From Dehalococcoidia bacterium (GTDB lineage Bacteria; Chloroflexota; Dehalococcoidia; Lucifugimonadales; UBA3495), in the NCBI GenBank assembly GCA_965207865.1, contig CBDBNP010000006.1, positions 916,015 through 980,014 of the forward strand: a DNA stretch of 64,000 nucleotides, in the 5' to 3' direction. Of this stretch, positions 18,998-28,203 are shown one piece after another. The notes under the pieces were generated by a model, which saw only the letters and a program-made list of their open reading frames with translations, did no database searches and was not told where the DNA came from. The position numbers and the translations under genes are program-made. How positions within the stretch are numbered: the first letter of the stretch is position 1; the number at the start of each line of letters is the position of its first letter.

Positions 18998-20979
18998 CAG
19001 GGAAACTCCCGCCGGTCTGACCGGTTGAACAGTTCTTTTGTCTCGTCATCGCTCAGGGGTCGGTGTGTAACCGGCTCGGGCGTCGGCGTTGGGTCCGGCA
19101 GAGCCAGGGTCGCGAACGCGACATCAGCAGCCAGGGTGGTGGACATCGTTACGGTCTCGCTGGTGGTCCTGGCGAGGGCGTCCCGCTGCACCACCTCGGC
19201 CCGGACGTGCTCGGGATGGTCGATTTCCAGCGTCACGTCCTGCTGCACCGTCTCGCTGGGGACGGACAAGGTGGCGCCGATGGTGTAGTTCACCACCTGC
19301 CCGTCAGGGGGCAGGGCCACGGACACGGTTCTGCTGACGTAGCGACTCACGCCGGGACGCAGCAGGCTGACCGTCTCAGTGCGTCGTTCGACCCGCTGGG
19401 GGTGATGCGTGAGCTGCACCAGGGGAGGCTGCGGCACCGACAGGGAGGCCGAGAGCGACGCCTCCATCGCAATCTCGTGCACCGTCTCTCCTGCGGCCAC
19501 GGGCAGACTGAAACTGGTCTCGCCGTCCTGAACGAATGCGGCGCTGGCGCTTGCACCGCCCGCGCTCACGCTGACGGTGCCGGTAACGGCGGCAACCGTT
19601 GCCGGCAGCAGTGCGTCCACCGACTGACGGTGGTGTCCGGCGGCCATCGTCACCTCGACCTGTTCCTCCAATTCCTCGGCGCACTCCGAGACGATTACGC
19701 CGGTCAGGCTGCCGGGCGTCCAGCCCAGGGTGTCCATCCGCAGCGAGCAGGCGTGGCCCTCGACCGCCGGCATTGGATGGGGCAGCTGGCGTCCCTTGAG
19801 GGCCAGGGCCCCGGTCTGCCCCAAACCGTCCTGCCAGGCGAGGGTGAAGGACGGGTGGGGTCCGTCCAGGGAGAGGCCGAATCTCTCGGTCTCTCCCTGC
19901 TCCAGGATGTCGTGGACGAAGAAGGTCAGCACCCGACCGCTGTCGCCGCCGTATGACCGGACGTCCAACTTCAGCTCCGTAGCGGCCCTGACGGTGACCA
20001 TGGCCAGGGTGCCGGTCACGGTGATTTCCTCCATATAGAGTCTGCGGCCGGTTACCGGCTCGGGAGGCGGATACCCGATCTCGTCCAGCCGCCAGGCGTC
20101 GTCGGACCACGGGCCGTCGGCCAGGGCCAATGCCGGTAAGGTGGCGATTGCCAGGGCCAGCGCAGCCAGAGATACGGACAGGCGCCGGTGCTTGCGACTC
20201 CGACTTTCCTTGTCCTTGGGAGTCTTTCTCTTGTCGCCGTCCCCGCGACTGCGGCGCTTGCCGAACCAGACGTGGGCGCGGAATGGGGGACGGCCCCTCC
20301 CACGTGCCGCCTTGACCGCCCGGCCTGCGCCCGAAAGCGCTTTCCTTATCAGTAGCCGATGAGGTTGCGGTTTGGATTGCGGCAAAATCGGGATCTCGGT
20401 GCTCGGCCGTCCGAGCAGGGCAGGGAACTTGGGGCGAGCCGCCTTGACCGCCCGGCCTGCGCCGGACAGCCCTTTCCTTATCAGCAACCGCAGAGGGTCG
20501 TGTCCGACCTCCGCTCCGGCGGAGGTCTCGGATTGAACCTGTTCCGCTGGACGCGCAGGGCGAATGCGCGACGCTCCCGCCCTTGCCAGAACGGGTACAA
20601 CCTGGCTCGCTCCCTTCACTACTTGCAGGACCGGGTTGGGCCTGGGCTCTGCCGGTTCGGGAGCGGGGACCTCGGATCGCACCAGCTCCGATATAGTTCC
20701 GGCGTAGCGCCGGGCGCCCAAGTTGAACTTCAGCAGGTCGGCGGCCACCAACGGCAGCCCACGGCCTCCCACCCTGCCCACGGTCATGGCTATGCCCAGG
20801 ATGCCCAGCAGGACCGCCACGCCCAAGCGGAACTCAGACGGCCCCAGGGGAAAGTAGAGGTAGGCGCCGTAGGCCACGGCGCACACCGCCACCACCGCCA
20901 CGATCTGGGGGAAGGTGAGCCACAGCAGCACCCGGTCCTCGGCCTGCACGTGGGTCGGTACCTCGTGCTCTCTCATCAC
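18997..20979 (-). CDS. PrgI/VirB3-like membrane domain fused to a large beta-rich extracellular region
   Basis: HEVPTHVQAEDRVLLWLTFPQ plus two TMs; basic linker, third hydrophobic segment, beta-rich C-terminus. Confidence 0.7.
   Translation of the reverse strand: MMREHEVPTHVQAEDRVLLWLTFPQIVAVVAVCAVAYGAYLYFPLGPSEFRLGVAVLLGILGIAMTVGRVGGRGLPLVAADLLKFNLGARRYAGTISELVRSEVPAPEPAEPRPNPVLQVVKGASQVVPVLARAGASRIRPARPAEQVQSETSAGAEVGHDPLRLLIRKGLSGAGRAVKAARPKFPALLGRPSTEIPILPQSKPQPHRLLIRKALSGAGRAVKAARGRGRPPFRAHVWFGKRRSRGDGDKRKTPKDKESRSRKHRRLSVSLAALALAIATLPALALADGPWSDDAWRLDEIGYPPPEPVTGRRLYMEEITVTGTLAMVTVRAATELKLDVRSYGGDSGRVLTFFVHDILEQGETERFGLSLDGPHPSFTLAWQDGLGQTGALALKGRQLPHPMPAVEGHACSLRMDTLGWTPGSLTGVIVSECAEELEEQVEVTMAAGHHRQSVDALLPATVAAVTGTVSVSAGGASASAAFVQDGETSFSLPVAAGETVHEIAMEASLSASLSVPQPPLVQLTHHPQRVERRTETVSLLRPGVSRYVSRTVSVALPPDGQVVNYTIGATLSVPSETVQQDVTLEIDHPEHVRAEVVQRDALARTTSETVTMSTTLAADVAFATLALPDPTPTPEPVTHRPLSDDETKELFNRSDRREFP
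20306..20490. repeat. Two ~53-bp direct repeats encoding RLLIRK(G/A)LSGAGRAVKAAR
   Basis: 20306-20358 and 20438-20490. Confidence 0.85.
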
Positions 20980-20986
20980 TTCTCCT

Positions 20987-21028
20987 TTTTCTAGGTTTTG
21001 TTCTCTAGGTCTTGTTTTCTAGGTCTTG
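20987..21028. repeat. Three tandem 14-bp repeats TTYTCTAGGTYTTG
   Basis: TTTTCTAGGTTTTG TTCTCTAGGTCTTG TTTTCTAGGTCTTG between the pilin stop and the next RBS. Confidence 0.85.
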
Positions 21029-21303
21029 GTTGGCGGCGGGGTGGGATCGGGCACGCTGGGGTCCACGGTGTTGCCCACGACGGCGCCCATCACCAGTTCC
21101 ACCACGCCGTAGGCCACCATGGCCAGCACGATTCCGGCCAAAGCGGTCATCATGGCGCTCTTACCGCGCTCCATCTGGTTGGGGGCGCCGGAAGCGGTGA
21201 GGTAGAGGTAGGCCCCGTAGATGAAGTAGCCGACGCCCACGACTCCCACCAGGCCCAGCAGGATGCCCACCAGGTTGGATATGGTCTGTGTCAGGTCTCC
21301 CAT
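21019..21303 (-). CDS. TrbC/VirB2-like pilin
   Basis: YFIYGAYLYLTASGAPNQMERGKSAMMTALAGIVL; AAAGGAG RBS. Confidence 0.85.
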   Translation of the reverse strand: MGDLTQTISNLVGILLGLVGVVGVGYFIYGAYLYLTASGAPNQMERGKSAMMTALAGIVLAMVAYGVVELVMGAVVGNTVDPSVPDPTPPPTKT

Positions 21304-21421
21304 AAATCGTTCTCCTTTCGCTTTTCTGTTCCGTGTTTCTGTCATTGCCCTTGTAGGTAAGTCCCGGGTCTCTACTGGCACATGGCTTTCACCTCTTTCA
21401 GTGATGCAGCAGCGGTCGCGG

Positions 21422-22378
21422 TCAGGGTCCCTGGCTCCTGGGCGTGGGGCCCGCTTGGGCGGCGGTGGTGGCGGTCTGCGCCGCCGAATTGGCGGTTCCC
21501 GCTGCCGCCGATGCCGCTCCTGTTGCCACCGCTGCAGCAGCCCCGACCGGTCCGGCACCGCCCAGCACCGCCAGGGCCCGTCCCGAGCGCATCAGAGCGC
21601 TGGGCAGGGACATCCCGAAGTACAGGGTGTGCAGCCAGGCGTCGAAGGTGCCGTGGTTGCCCAACATCGAGGGGATGCGGGTGGCCAGGTAGACGAAGGC
21701 CAGGGACATCAGCAGCTTCCAGATCAGGTCCTGGGCCGGCTCGAAGACCGCTATGGGCGCCAGGTCGCTGAGAAACCCGAACCCCAGGGCCAGGGCGATG
21801 ATCTGCACCGCCTGCTGGAACACCGTGGTCATGAACAGCCGGAGCCAGTGGCGTCCCCAGCCCGCCGTGTGGGGCAGGATCCACAGCCCCAGGGCGATGG
21901 GCGCCAAGGCGATCAGGATGTCGATCAGCGCCAGGCGCAGGATCATCTGCACCAGCAGGTAGAGGACGAAAAACCCGTAGACCAGGTAGATCAGGGCCAG
22001 GAGCAGCACCAGGCCTACTCCGCCCGAGGCCACTGCCCTCAGCATCGTGTCAAGGGACGCCCGGAGCAGGTCCCCGGCGGTAACGCCCAGCGACACGGTG
22101 ATGAAACCGGAGACGGCGTCGGCCACGTCGATGACCAAGGCGCACCACCACAGGGACGAGGCGGCGGCGGCCAGGCCCAGCACCAAACGGGGCACCATCT
22201 CCCGCCAGCCCGACTGGTGCCGGCCCAGGTGCTCCTGGACGATGAAGCTGAGTCCCATCCAGCCCAGGATCACCACCAGGGCGCCGGAGGCCACGGCCCA
22301 GACCACGGTCCAGGCCAGCCTGACCGATTCATGGGCGTAGGTGAGTTCTGCGGGGGTGCCGGTGAGGATGTCGCCCAT
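21422..22378 (-). CDS. VirB6/TrbL-like polytopic membrane protein
   Basis: Multiple TMs, RLALIDILIALAPIALGLWILP...W, Ala-rich tail. Confidence 0.8.
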   Translation of the reverse strand: MGDILTGTPAELTYAHESVRLAWTVVWAVASGALVVILGWMGLSFIVQEHLGRHQSGWREMVPRLVLGLAAAASSLWWCALVIDVADAVSGFITVSLGVTAGDLLRASLDTMLRAVASGGVGLVLLLALIYLVYGFFVLYLLVQMILRLALIDILIALAPIALGLWILPHTAGWGRHWLRLFMTTVFQQAVQIIALALGFGFLSDLAPIAVFEPAQDLIWKLLMSLAFVYLATRIPSMLGNHGTFDAWLHTLYFGMSLPSALMRSGRALAVLGGAGPVGAAAAVATGAASAAAGTANSAAQTATTAAQAGPTPRSQGP

Positions 22379-22383
22379 GAGCG

Positions 22384-22989
22384 CTACCCTCCCCGGCAGT
22401 TGCTGGAGTCGGAGCCGGTGGCCTGCTCCACCACGCCGCAGAGGGCGCCGTGGACGCCCTCGATGGCCCAGCGGGCCATGGCCCTTCCCCAGCGGTCGGG
22501 CTCCAGGGACTGGAGCACCTTGTCCCACAGCTTGCCCGACTGGTGCTCGGGTACCAGGGCGTAGTAGGCCCAGGGGTCGCCGCCGCCGGGGTTCTTGACC
22601 AGGAGGGCCAGCAGGTAGGACTGGTCGGGGTCGAGAGCGGGCTGCCCGTCCAGGGCGGGGTACTCGATGGTGTACTCCCAGCCGTCGGATAGCTCTTTGT
22701 CGCCTCCCTGGACGCGGTAGGTGGCGGTGAGCCAGTCGCCGCTGTCGGGGTGGCGGACGGCGTAGAACAGCACGTCGACGGGGCGGCTGAAGACGGGACG
22801 GGCGATGAACCGGCCGTCGTCCTTTCGCTCGACGACCTGCAGGTCCTCGTTGACGAAGACCGGAGGCTGGTCGGCGGGAGTCTGGGCCAGGGCGACGCCG
22901 CCAGCGGGCAGGGCCGGAATGGCCGCCAGCAGCAACGCCACCAGGAGCAGCAAGGCCCGGCGCAGGGGCAAGGGTTTCGGTATTCGCAT
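22384..22989 (-). CDS. Secreted protein, first gene of the transfer operon
   Basis: Signal peptide LLLLVALLLAA...ALA-Q; GAGGTG RBS. Confidence 0.7.
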   Translation of the reverse strand: MRIPKPLPLRRALLLLVALLLAAIPALPAGGVALAQTPADQPPVFVNEDLQVVERKDDGRFIARPVFSRPVDVLFYAVRHPDSGDWLTATYRVQGGDKELSDGWEYTIEYPALDGQPALDPDQSYLLALLVKNPGGGDPWAYYALVPEHQSGKLWDKVLQSLEPDRWGRAMARWAIEGVHGALCGVVEQATGSDSSNCRGG

Positions 22990-23387
22990 CAAGTCGTTCA
23001 CCTCTCTCTGGTCTGGGCGACGGCGGTTTCGCCAGCGCCGCCAGAGAGTGTGAACAACCCGGCCCCTCCGCATAACCTCCCATAGGGGGCAGCACACATG
23101 AACGGTCTTTCAGGGCCTTACGTGGTCGGCCCTACCCGTGATGTCATTGGGGTGTACAGGGATTTGCGTTTTGTCGGCAGACGAGAGGGGAGGCCGTGTT
23201 GAACCTGAATCGGGGTGAAATCGGCCCTCTACAGGACGTATCCAGTCAACACTTTTCGTAAGTCCCCGTTCCACGGTCTGTGTTCACGGGCCGTAGCTGG
23301 AGTGTGCATTCTTGTCCGCTGGAAACCGGGGGAACCCGTACAAGTCCCCAGGCTGAAATGAACATTTTTGTACGCGGAGGCGTGATC

Positions 23388-24227
23388 GTGGCGGAGGAAC
23401 AGCCGGGCATCGACCGGAGCAGGAGCATCGAGGACCTGCACCACCTGAGGCTGATGGCGCTCTTGGACGAGCAGGTGCGGGACAAGGGAGCAAGGCGGGC
23501 GGCGGAGGATCTGGGGGTGGACCACCGGACGTTGGCGTCGAGCCTGGAGTCAGGGACGCTGTCCCGGCGGATGCGGGTTGCACTGGACCGGGCGCTGTTG
23601 TCCGGGGAGGGTTCGCCGGCCCGGGAACAGAGGGAACGCAACGACCAACTGGCCGGGCGGCTGGACGGCGTGGAGGAAAGGGTGGGTGGCCTGGAACAGG
23701 ACGTGAGCAAGGGCCTGTCCGCCGTGCAGGGCGAGGTCCGGCAGCTCAGGACGGAACAGGAGCAGTCTGTGCGCCGGGTCGAGGAGCGGCTGGACCGGGT
23801 GGAGAGTGGCGGCGGCTCGTCTGGTTTGGCGGCGCCGGACGGACCTGGACGCCGTTCGCCGCGCCAGCCCCAGCGGCAATTCCCCGACCTGGTGACCCTG
23901 GACCCCACTGCTGACGACGCTGCGGTATTCGGCGCTGCTTGGCCATTGGTCCGGGAGTGGCGGGAACTCAAGGGCACCCACCCCGACCGGGGACAGGGAC
24001 TGGAATGGCTGCGGGCGGAAGAACGGTTTCTTACGGTGGAACTGGCACTGCTGGAGGAGCACGGCCTGACCTTGCCGCCGGAGACCTATCCCCTCAGGGG
24101 CCTGGACCGTAGCGGACAAGTGAACTGGCGGCGCAAGGCGTTGGAGAGCACGCAAAGAGCTCGGAAACGGAGGGAGTGGCTGCTGCGGCTCAGGCGGGCG
24201 GTGACGCTGAGGATATGGCGCGGTTAG
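23388..24227 (+). CDS. Hypothetical protein with HTH and coiled coil
   Basis: ARRAAEDLGVDHRTLASSL HTH-like motif, heptad region; GGAGG RBS before GTG (alternative ATG 23358). Confidence 0.7.
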   Translation: MAEEQPGIDRSRSIEDLHHLRLMALLDEQVRDKGARRAAEDLGVDHRTLASSLESGTLSRRMRVALDRALLSGEGSPAREQRERNDQLAGRLDGVEERVGGLEQDVSKGLSAVQGEVRQLRTEQEQSVRRVEERLDRVESGGGSSGLAAPDGPGRRSPRQPQRQFPDLVTLDPTADDAAVFGAAWPLVREWRELKGTHPDRGQGLEWLRAEERFLTVELALLEEHGLTLPPETYPLRGLDRSGQVNWRRKALESTQRARKRREWLLRLRRAVTLRIWRG

Positions 24228-24339
24228 CCGCTTTGGCCTGTCAACTGTAGTCAACTTTTGTCCACACTTTGCCGAATGGGACTTCCAGGGGCTACCCAAC
24301 GAGGCCTGGCACAGGAGAAAATTACACCGTTGTCAGGCT

Positions 24340-25240
24340 TTTCCAGGTTTCCCGCCCTAGAAATCTGGGGGTCCCCCCTCAGCCCGGGCTTTGCCAAGAG
24401 GTTGGCCCACGAGGGAATGCTGCCGGAGCGGGATGTTCAAGTGCCCCGCAGGCAGCGCGGGCCGGTGCACGGGGTGTCTAAGTCCCTCGTTCCCGGCCCA
24501 GTCCAACGGGTTGGAGTGTTTAAGTCCTTCTCCCGTTGGGCAGTCCGGCGGTTGGAGTGTTTAAGTCCTTCTTCCGCCGGGCACCGTTCAGCGGTCTGGA
24601 GCTGACTCCTCCAGTCGCTGGGCACCCGTCCGGTGGCAGGAGTTTGTCTTTCCCGCGACTGGACGACGGGGACGGAGCGTTTGGCCACGCATCGTTCTCA
24701 TCTAGGCTGAGGCGTCCGCGGGTTCCGCTCGCGGCGCCCCGGCCCGAATCACCAGGTAACCAATCCCAAGGTGGCAACCCAATTCAAGGCGCGGAATCCC
24801 TGCCCAACGGACTGAAATAGGAGGTTCGGCTGGACCCAGGACGGTAGACCGGAACCCTACCCACGTACTCATAGGCGGAGCGCCCTAGCGCTTCGAACTG
24901 TCTTCACATTGCGGTTGGAGTGGCACAAGCCTCCAGCCGCCTCCCCATGCCTGCGGCATAGCTGCTGATTGACAGCTGCAGACCGCAGGTCTCACACGCT
25001 CCGGTCGGCCAGTGGCGGCGAACCGGACGTTTACTGTCGCAACGCGGTTGCCGCTGACGGGACCGCGTTCCTCGTCGTTTCCCCCACTTTCCCCTTGCAG
25101 CAGCTCCCAGGCTCGGCGTTGACGCTGGACAACACCCTGGCGTAGCTGCGTCTCTCTCCAATCCCCAGATTGTCTTCTTCCCTTGTGGATTCAAACCCAG
25201 GGCGGAGTGCACCCGTCGTCGGAGCGGTCTTTTTCCTCAA
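24340..25240 (+). ncRNA. Candidate large structured RNA or ssDNA element (oriT, single-strand origin or promoter) ahead of the leading-region operon
   Basis: About 1 kb without a credible CDS; nearly contiguous hairpins, several with G-T(U) pairs valid only on the + strand. Confidence 0.4.
24419..24582 (+). repeat. Array of four ~41-nt stem-loops with conserved loop TGTYYAAGT and variable, covarying stems
   Basis: Loop motifs start at 24434, 24475, 24517 and 24558; each is closed by its own inverted repeat. Confidence 0.85.
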
Positions 25241-25268
25241 CGTGATTCACCATTTTAAGGAGGTGCGT

Positions 25269-25574
25269 ATGAGCATCGCAGAAAGGTTCACCCAAATCAG
25301 GAGTCTCGCGGTCAAGGTCGTGGAGTTCATCAAGCGGCACCCACGGGCGTCAATCGCGGCGGGCGTTGCCCTGCTCATCCTGGGGCCGCTGCTCACCGGG
25401 GCTGGTGGCGGGGCATTCTTTCTCAACCTAGTCGGCCTGGGCATTGTCGCCCTTATCGTCCGGCGGATCATGCTGGCCAATGAGAGGCGGCGGGCGGCGC
25501 AGGCGCGGCAGGCCAATCGACAGTGCATATGCCATAGACAGCAACAAACTCAGCAACAGAGAGGTACGCCATGA
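25269..25574 (+). CDS. Small 2-TM membrane protein
   Basis: TAAGGAGGT RBS; two hydrophobic helices. Confidence 0.75.
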   Translation: MSIAERFTQIRSLAVKVVEFIKRHPRASIAAGVALLILGPLLTGAGGGAFFLNLVGLGIVALIVRRIMLANERRRAAQARQANRQCICHRQQQTQQQRGTP

Positions 25575-26029
25575 CGACAGTTACCCTGGACTCCCCATCC
25601 ACTACAGGGAGTCTCGAATTTCTGGTTGACCGGCTGCTGGCTACCCTTTTCCGGGACAAACCGGAGCAGGGGGTACCGGCGTCCGGCTTGGTCAAGGCGG
25701 TCCACGAGGCCCGGCGTCTCAGGCAGTCGGGCGACCTGGACGGGGCGCTGGAGGCATTCAACGGAATTGATATCGCAGACACCCAGGACTCCCAACTGCG
25801 GTGGCTCTACTCCGAATGGCTGGACATCGCCCGGCGCCGGTTCACTGGCTGCGGGGCAATGATCTACAGCCCCGCGGCCGGCCGGGCGGCGGTGCTAGTT
25901 CCTACTGCCGACGGCAACGGAAAGGCGCTGGAAGTTGCGGTGGTCCTGGGAATGCGCTGGCCATTGGGCAAGACGGTCTCCCAACGCAGCTTGCGGGGGC
26001 TGAAACCACTGGTGAAAGGGGATTCATGA
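25571..26029 (+). CDS. Hypothetical protein
   Basis: ATGA-coupled on both sides; GAGGT RBS. Confidence 0.7.
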   Translation: MTTVTLDSPSTTGSLEFLVDRLLATLFRDKPEQGVPASGLVKAVHEARRLRQSGDLDGALEAFNGIDIADTQDSQLRWLYSEWLDIARRRFTGCGAMIYSPAAGRAAVLVPTADGNGKALEVAVVLGMRWPLGKTVSQRSLRGLKPLVKGDS

Positions 26030-27078
26030 TGGTCGCAGCCCCCGCCACCGTGAACATCGCGGAACTCAAGGCTCGCCACCCTCTGGGCGACGCGGTGGAG
26101 GTCGCAGGCATTGCCCTGCGCGGCAAAGGGCGCGTCCGGCAGGGAGTCTGCCCCTTTCACGAGGAAACGGAGGGCAGTTTCACAGTGTACTCCGACACCG
26201 AGAGATTCTACTGTTTCGGCTGCGGCGCCGGTGGAGACGTGCTGGATTTCGTGGGCCGCATGGAGGGTCTGACACTGCCGGAGACGATACGACGGCTGGA
26301 CGGCGATGGTTCCGGGCCGGTTGCCACGGCGCCGTCGATGCCAAGAGCTACTGCACCTGCGCCTATGGTTCCGCCCCGCGATCCCGCCTTGCTGACGGCG
26401 GCGGTGCGGTTCTACGCCAGTCAGCTCTGGCGCAGCCAAGTTGCCCGGGATTACCTGGCCTCCCGGGGCATCGGAGTCGACGCCGCTATGCGGCTGGGTC
26501 TGGGATACGCGCCGGGCCACGGCCTGCGGGAGTACCTTGACTTGCTCGGTTTCAACTTGGACAGGCAGCGGGACTCGGGGTTGTTCCTGGAGCAGGGAAG
26601 GGAACGGTTCGCCGGAATGATCACTGTTCCCGACATGGTCGCGGGCCGTGTCCGGTGGCTCACCGGGCGAGCGGTGGCGGCTAACACCAAGCCCCGGTTT
26701 CAGGCGATGCCCGGCCCCAAGCCGGTGCCGGGCCTGGCGGCTCTTGATCCCGCGCGCCCTTACGTCATCGTTACGGAAGGTGTCTTTGACTACCTGACTC
26801 TGGCGAGTTGGGGCTACTCCGCCTGCGCAGCCCTGGGCACCCAGGGCATGGACAAGGTGGCGGCGGCGTTCCGGGGCTGCCCACGGGTGTTCCTGGCCTT
26901 CGACAACGATGGAGCTGGCTATGAGGCCGCCGGTAGTCTCAAGGAACTGCTGGGCCGCCGTGGCGCCGTGGTAAACCTGCCCCGTGGCATTTCCGACGTG
27001 AGCGAACTGGCCAACCTGCCCCACGGCAAAATGCTTTTCAACCGCCTGCTGGCTCAGGCAGCCCGAAACGCCCGCTAG
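26026..27078 (+). CDS. DNA primase-like protein (CHC2 zinc finger plus Toprim)
   Basis: CPFHEE...FYCFGC; VTEGVFD; AFDNDGAG. Confidence 0.92.
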   Translation: MMVAAPATVNIAELKARHPLGDAVEVAGIALRGKGRVRQGVCPFHEETEGSFTVYSDTERFYCFGCGAGGDVLDFVGRMEGLTLPETIRRLDGDGSGPVATAPSMPRATAPAPMVPPRDPALLTAAVRFYASQLWRSQVARDYLASRGIGVDAAMRLGLGYAPGHGLREYLDLLGFNLDRQRDSGLFLEQGRERFAGMITVPDMVAGRVRWLTGRAVAANTKPRFQAMPGPKPVPGLAALDPARPYVIVTEGVFDYLTLASWGYSACAALGTQGMDKVAAAFRGCPRVFLAFDNDGAGYEAAGSLKELLGRRGAVVNLPRGISDVSELANLPHGKMLFNRLLAQAARNAR

Positions 27079-27107
27079 GCAACTCCTCTCCCGGACTTCT
27101 CCTCTAC

Positions 27108-27140
27108 AGGCCCGTCGTCCCCGGCGGGCCTTTCCTTTTC
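27108..27140 (+). terminator. Rho-independent terminator-like hairpin after primase
   Basis: AGGCCCGTCG-loop-CGGCGGGCCT followed by TTCCTTTTC. Confidence 0.6.
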
Positions 27141-27250
27141 CACCCACTCGTCGACTCATCTCCCGACGAGGTCTCGCCCCGCTTACGGCACTGCCTCAGG
27201 GCAATCCGCGTCTCCGGCAACTCACAACACAACCACAAAGGAGCAACGTC

Positions 27251-28114
27251 ATGTCCAACGAGAACGGCAACGGCAACCACCACAGGAACGGCCACAGCCC
27301 CAACGGCCACGTCGACGTCGACGTGAATGGCAACGGCAACTCCAACGGCCACCGGCGCAACGGCCAGATCCCCGCCAACGGCGTCGCCAAGAACGGCAAC
27401 GGGCACCACGGAGCCGAGTCCATCCCCGCCCACGACCTCCTCTGGGACTCCCTGCCGGCCAGCGTCACCGACAAGCTGGCCCAGCCCCTGGACGCCAGCC
27501 TGGTATCCCAGCGCAAGGGCCGGGGCAACCGCTCCGTCTCCTACCTGGAGGGCCGCACCGTCATCGACCAAGCCAACCGGATATTCGGCCACGGCGGTTG
27601 GGGCCACGAGGTCGTCGGAGACGTGATCCTGCGGGAGCTGGACCAGGTGAACGCCCAGACCGGCGAGGTCAAGCGCATCCGGGCCTACTCCGCCACGGTG
27701 AAGGTCACCGTCCCCGGCGCAACTCCCCGCACCGACGTGGGGTTCCAGCCGGTGGCCGAAGAGACGGTGGAGGGCCATGAGACGGCGTTCAAGGGCGCGG
27801 TCACCGACGGGCTCAAGCGGGCGCTCCGGACCTTCGGCGCCCAGTTCGGCAACTCCCTCTACGGCGACGTTGCGGGCCAGCCGGGAGGCGGCGCCGGGGA
27901 CACGCTGGCCCCGGCCCTGCGCAAGACCCTGCTGGACCTGGGCGTAAGCCAGGGTTTCGACGAGGAACGGGTGCGGCAGGCGGTGCGGGGCCAGACGGGC
28001 AAGGACCTGGACGAGCTGCCCGCCTCTGAGCTGACGCCCCTTGTCGAGCGCGCCGCCCGCAAGGTGCAGCAGCGGCAGGACGCTGAAGGCCAGGGCAGCG
28101 ACGGCGAACAGTAG
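27251..28114 (+). CDS. Rad52/Sak-family single-strand annealing protein with N/G/H-rich N-terminus
   Basis: SYLEGRTVIDQANRIFGHGGW...KGAVTDGLKRALRTFGAQFGNSLY. Confidence 0.9.
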   Translation: MSNENGNGNHHRNGHSPNGHVDVDVNGNGNSNGHRRNGQIPANGVAKNGNGHHGAESIPAHDLLWDSLPASVTDKLAQPLDASLVSQRKGRGNRSVSYLEGRTVIDQANRIFGHGGWGHEVVGDVILRELDQVNAQTGEVKRIRAYSATVKVTVPGATPRTDVGFQPVAEETVEGHETAFKGAVTDGLKRALRTFGAQFGNSLYGDVAGQPGGGAGDTLAPALRKTLLDLGVSQGFDEERVRQAVRGQTGKDLDELPASELTPLVERAARKVQQRQDAEGQGSDGEQ

Positions 28115-28203
28115 CCGCAGCACGAGACCACCAACCAGGCAATGGGGCCGTCGCCACAGCGGGGCGGCCCCGATTCTCATTTACCGGACCAGGAGGAAAA
28201 GCA

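Noticed and set aside
24419-24582. CRISPR or TIGR-type guide array
   Set aside because: The variable segments are the two arms of each hairpin rather than independent spacers, the repeats are short and degenerate, and no cas1/cas2, effector or Nop-domain gene is evident
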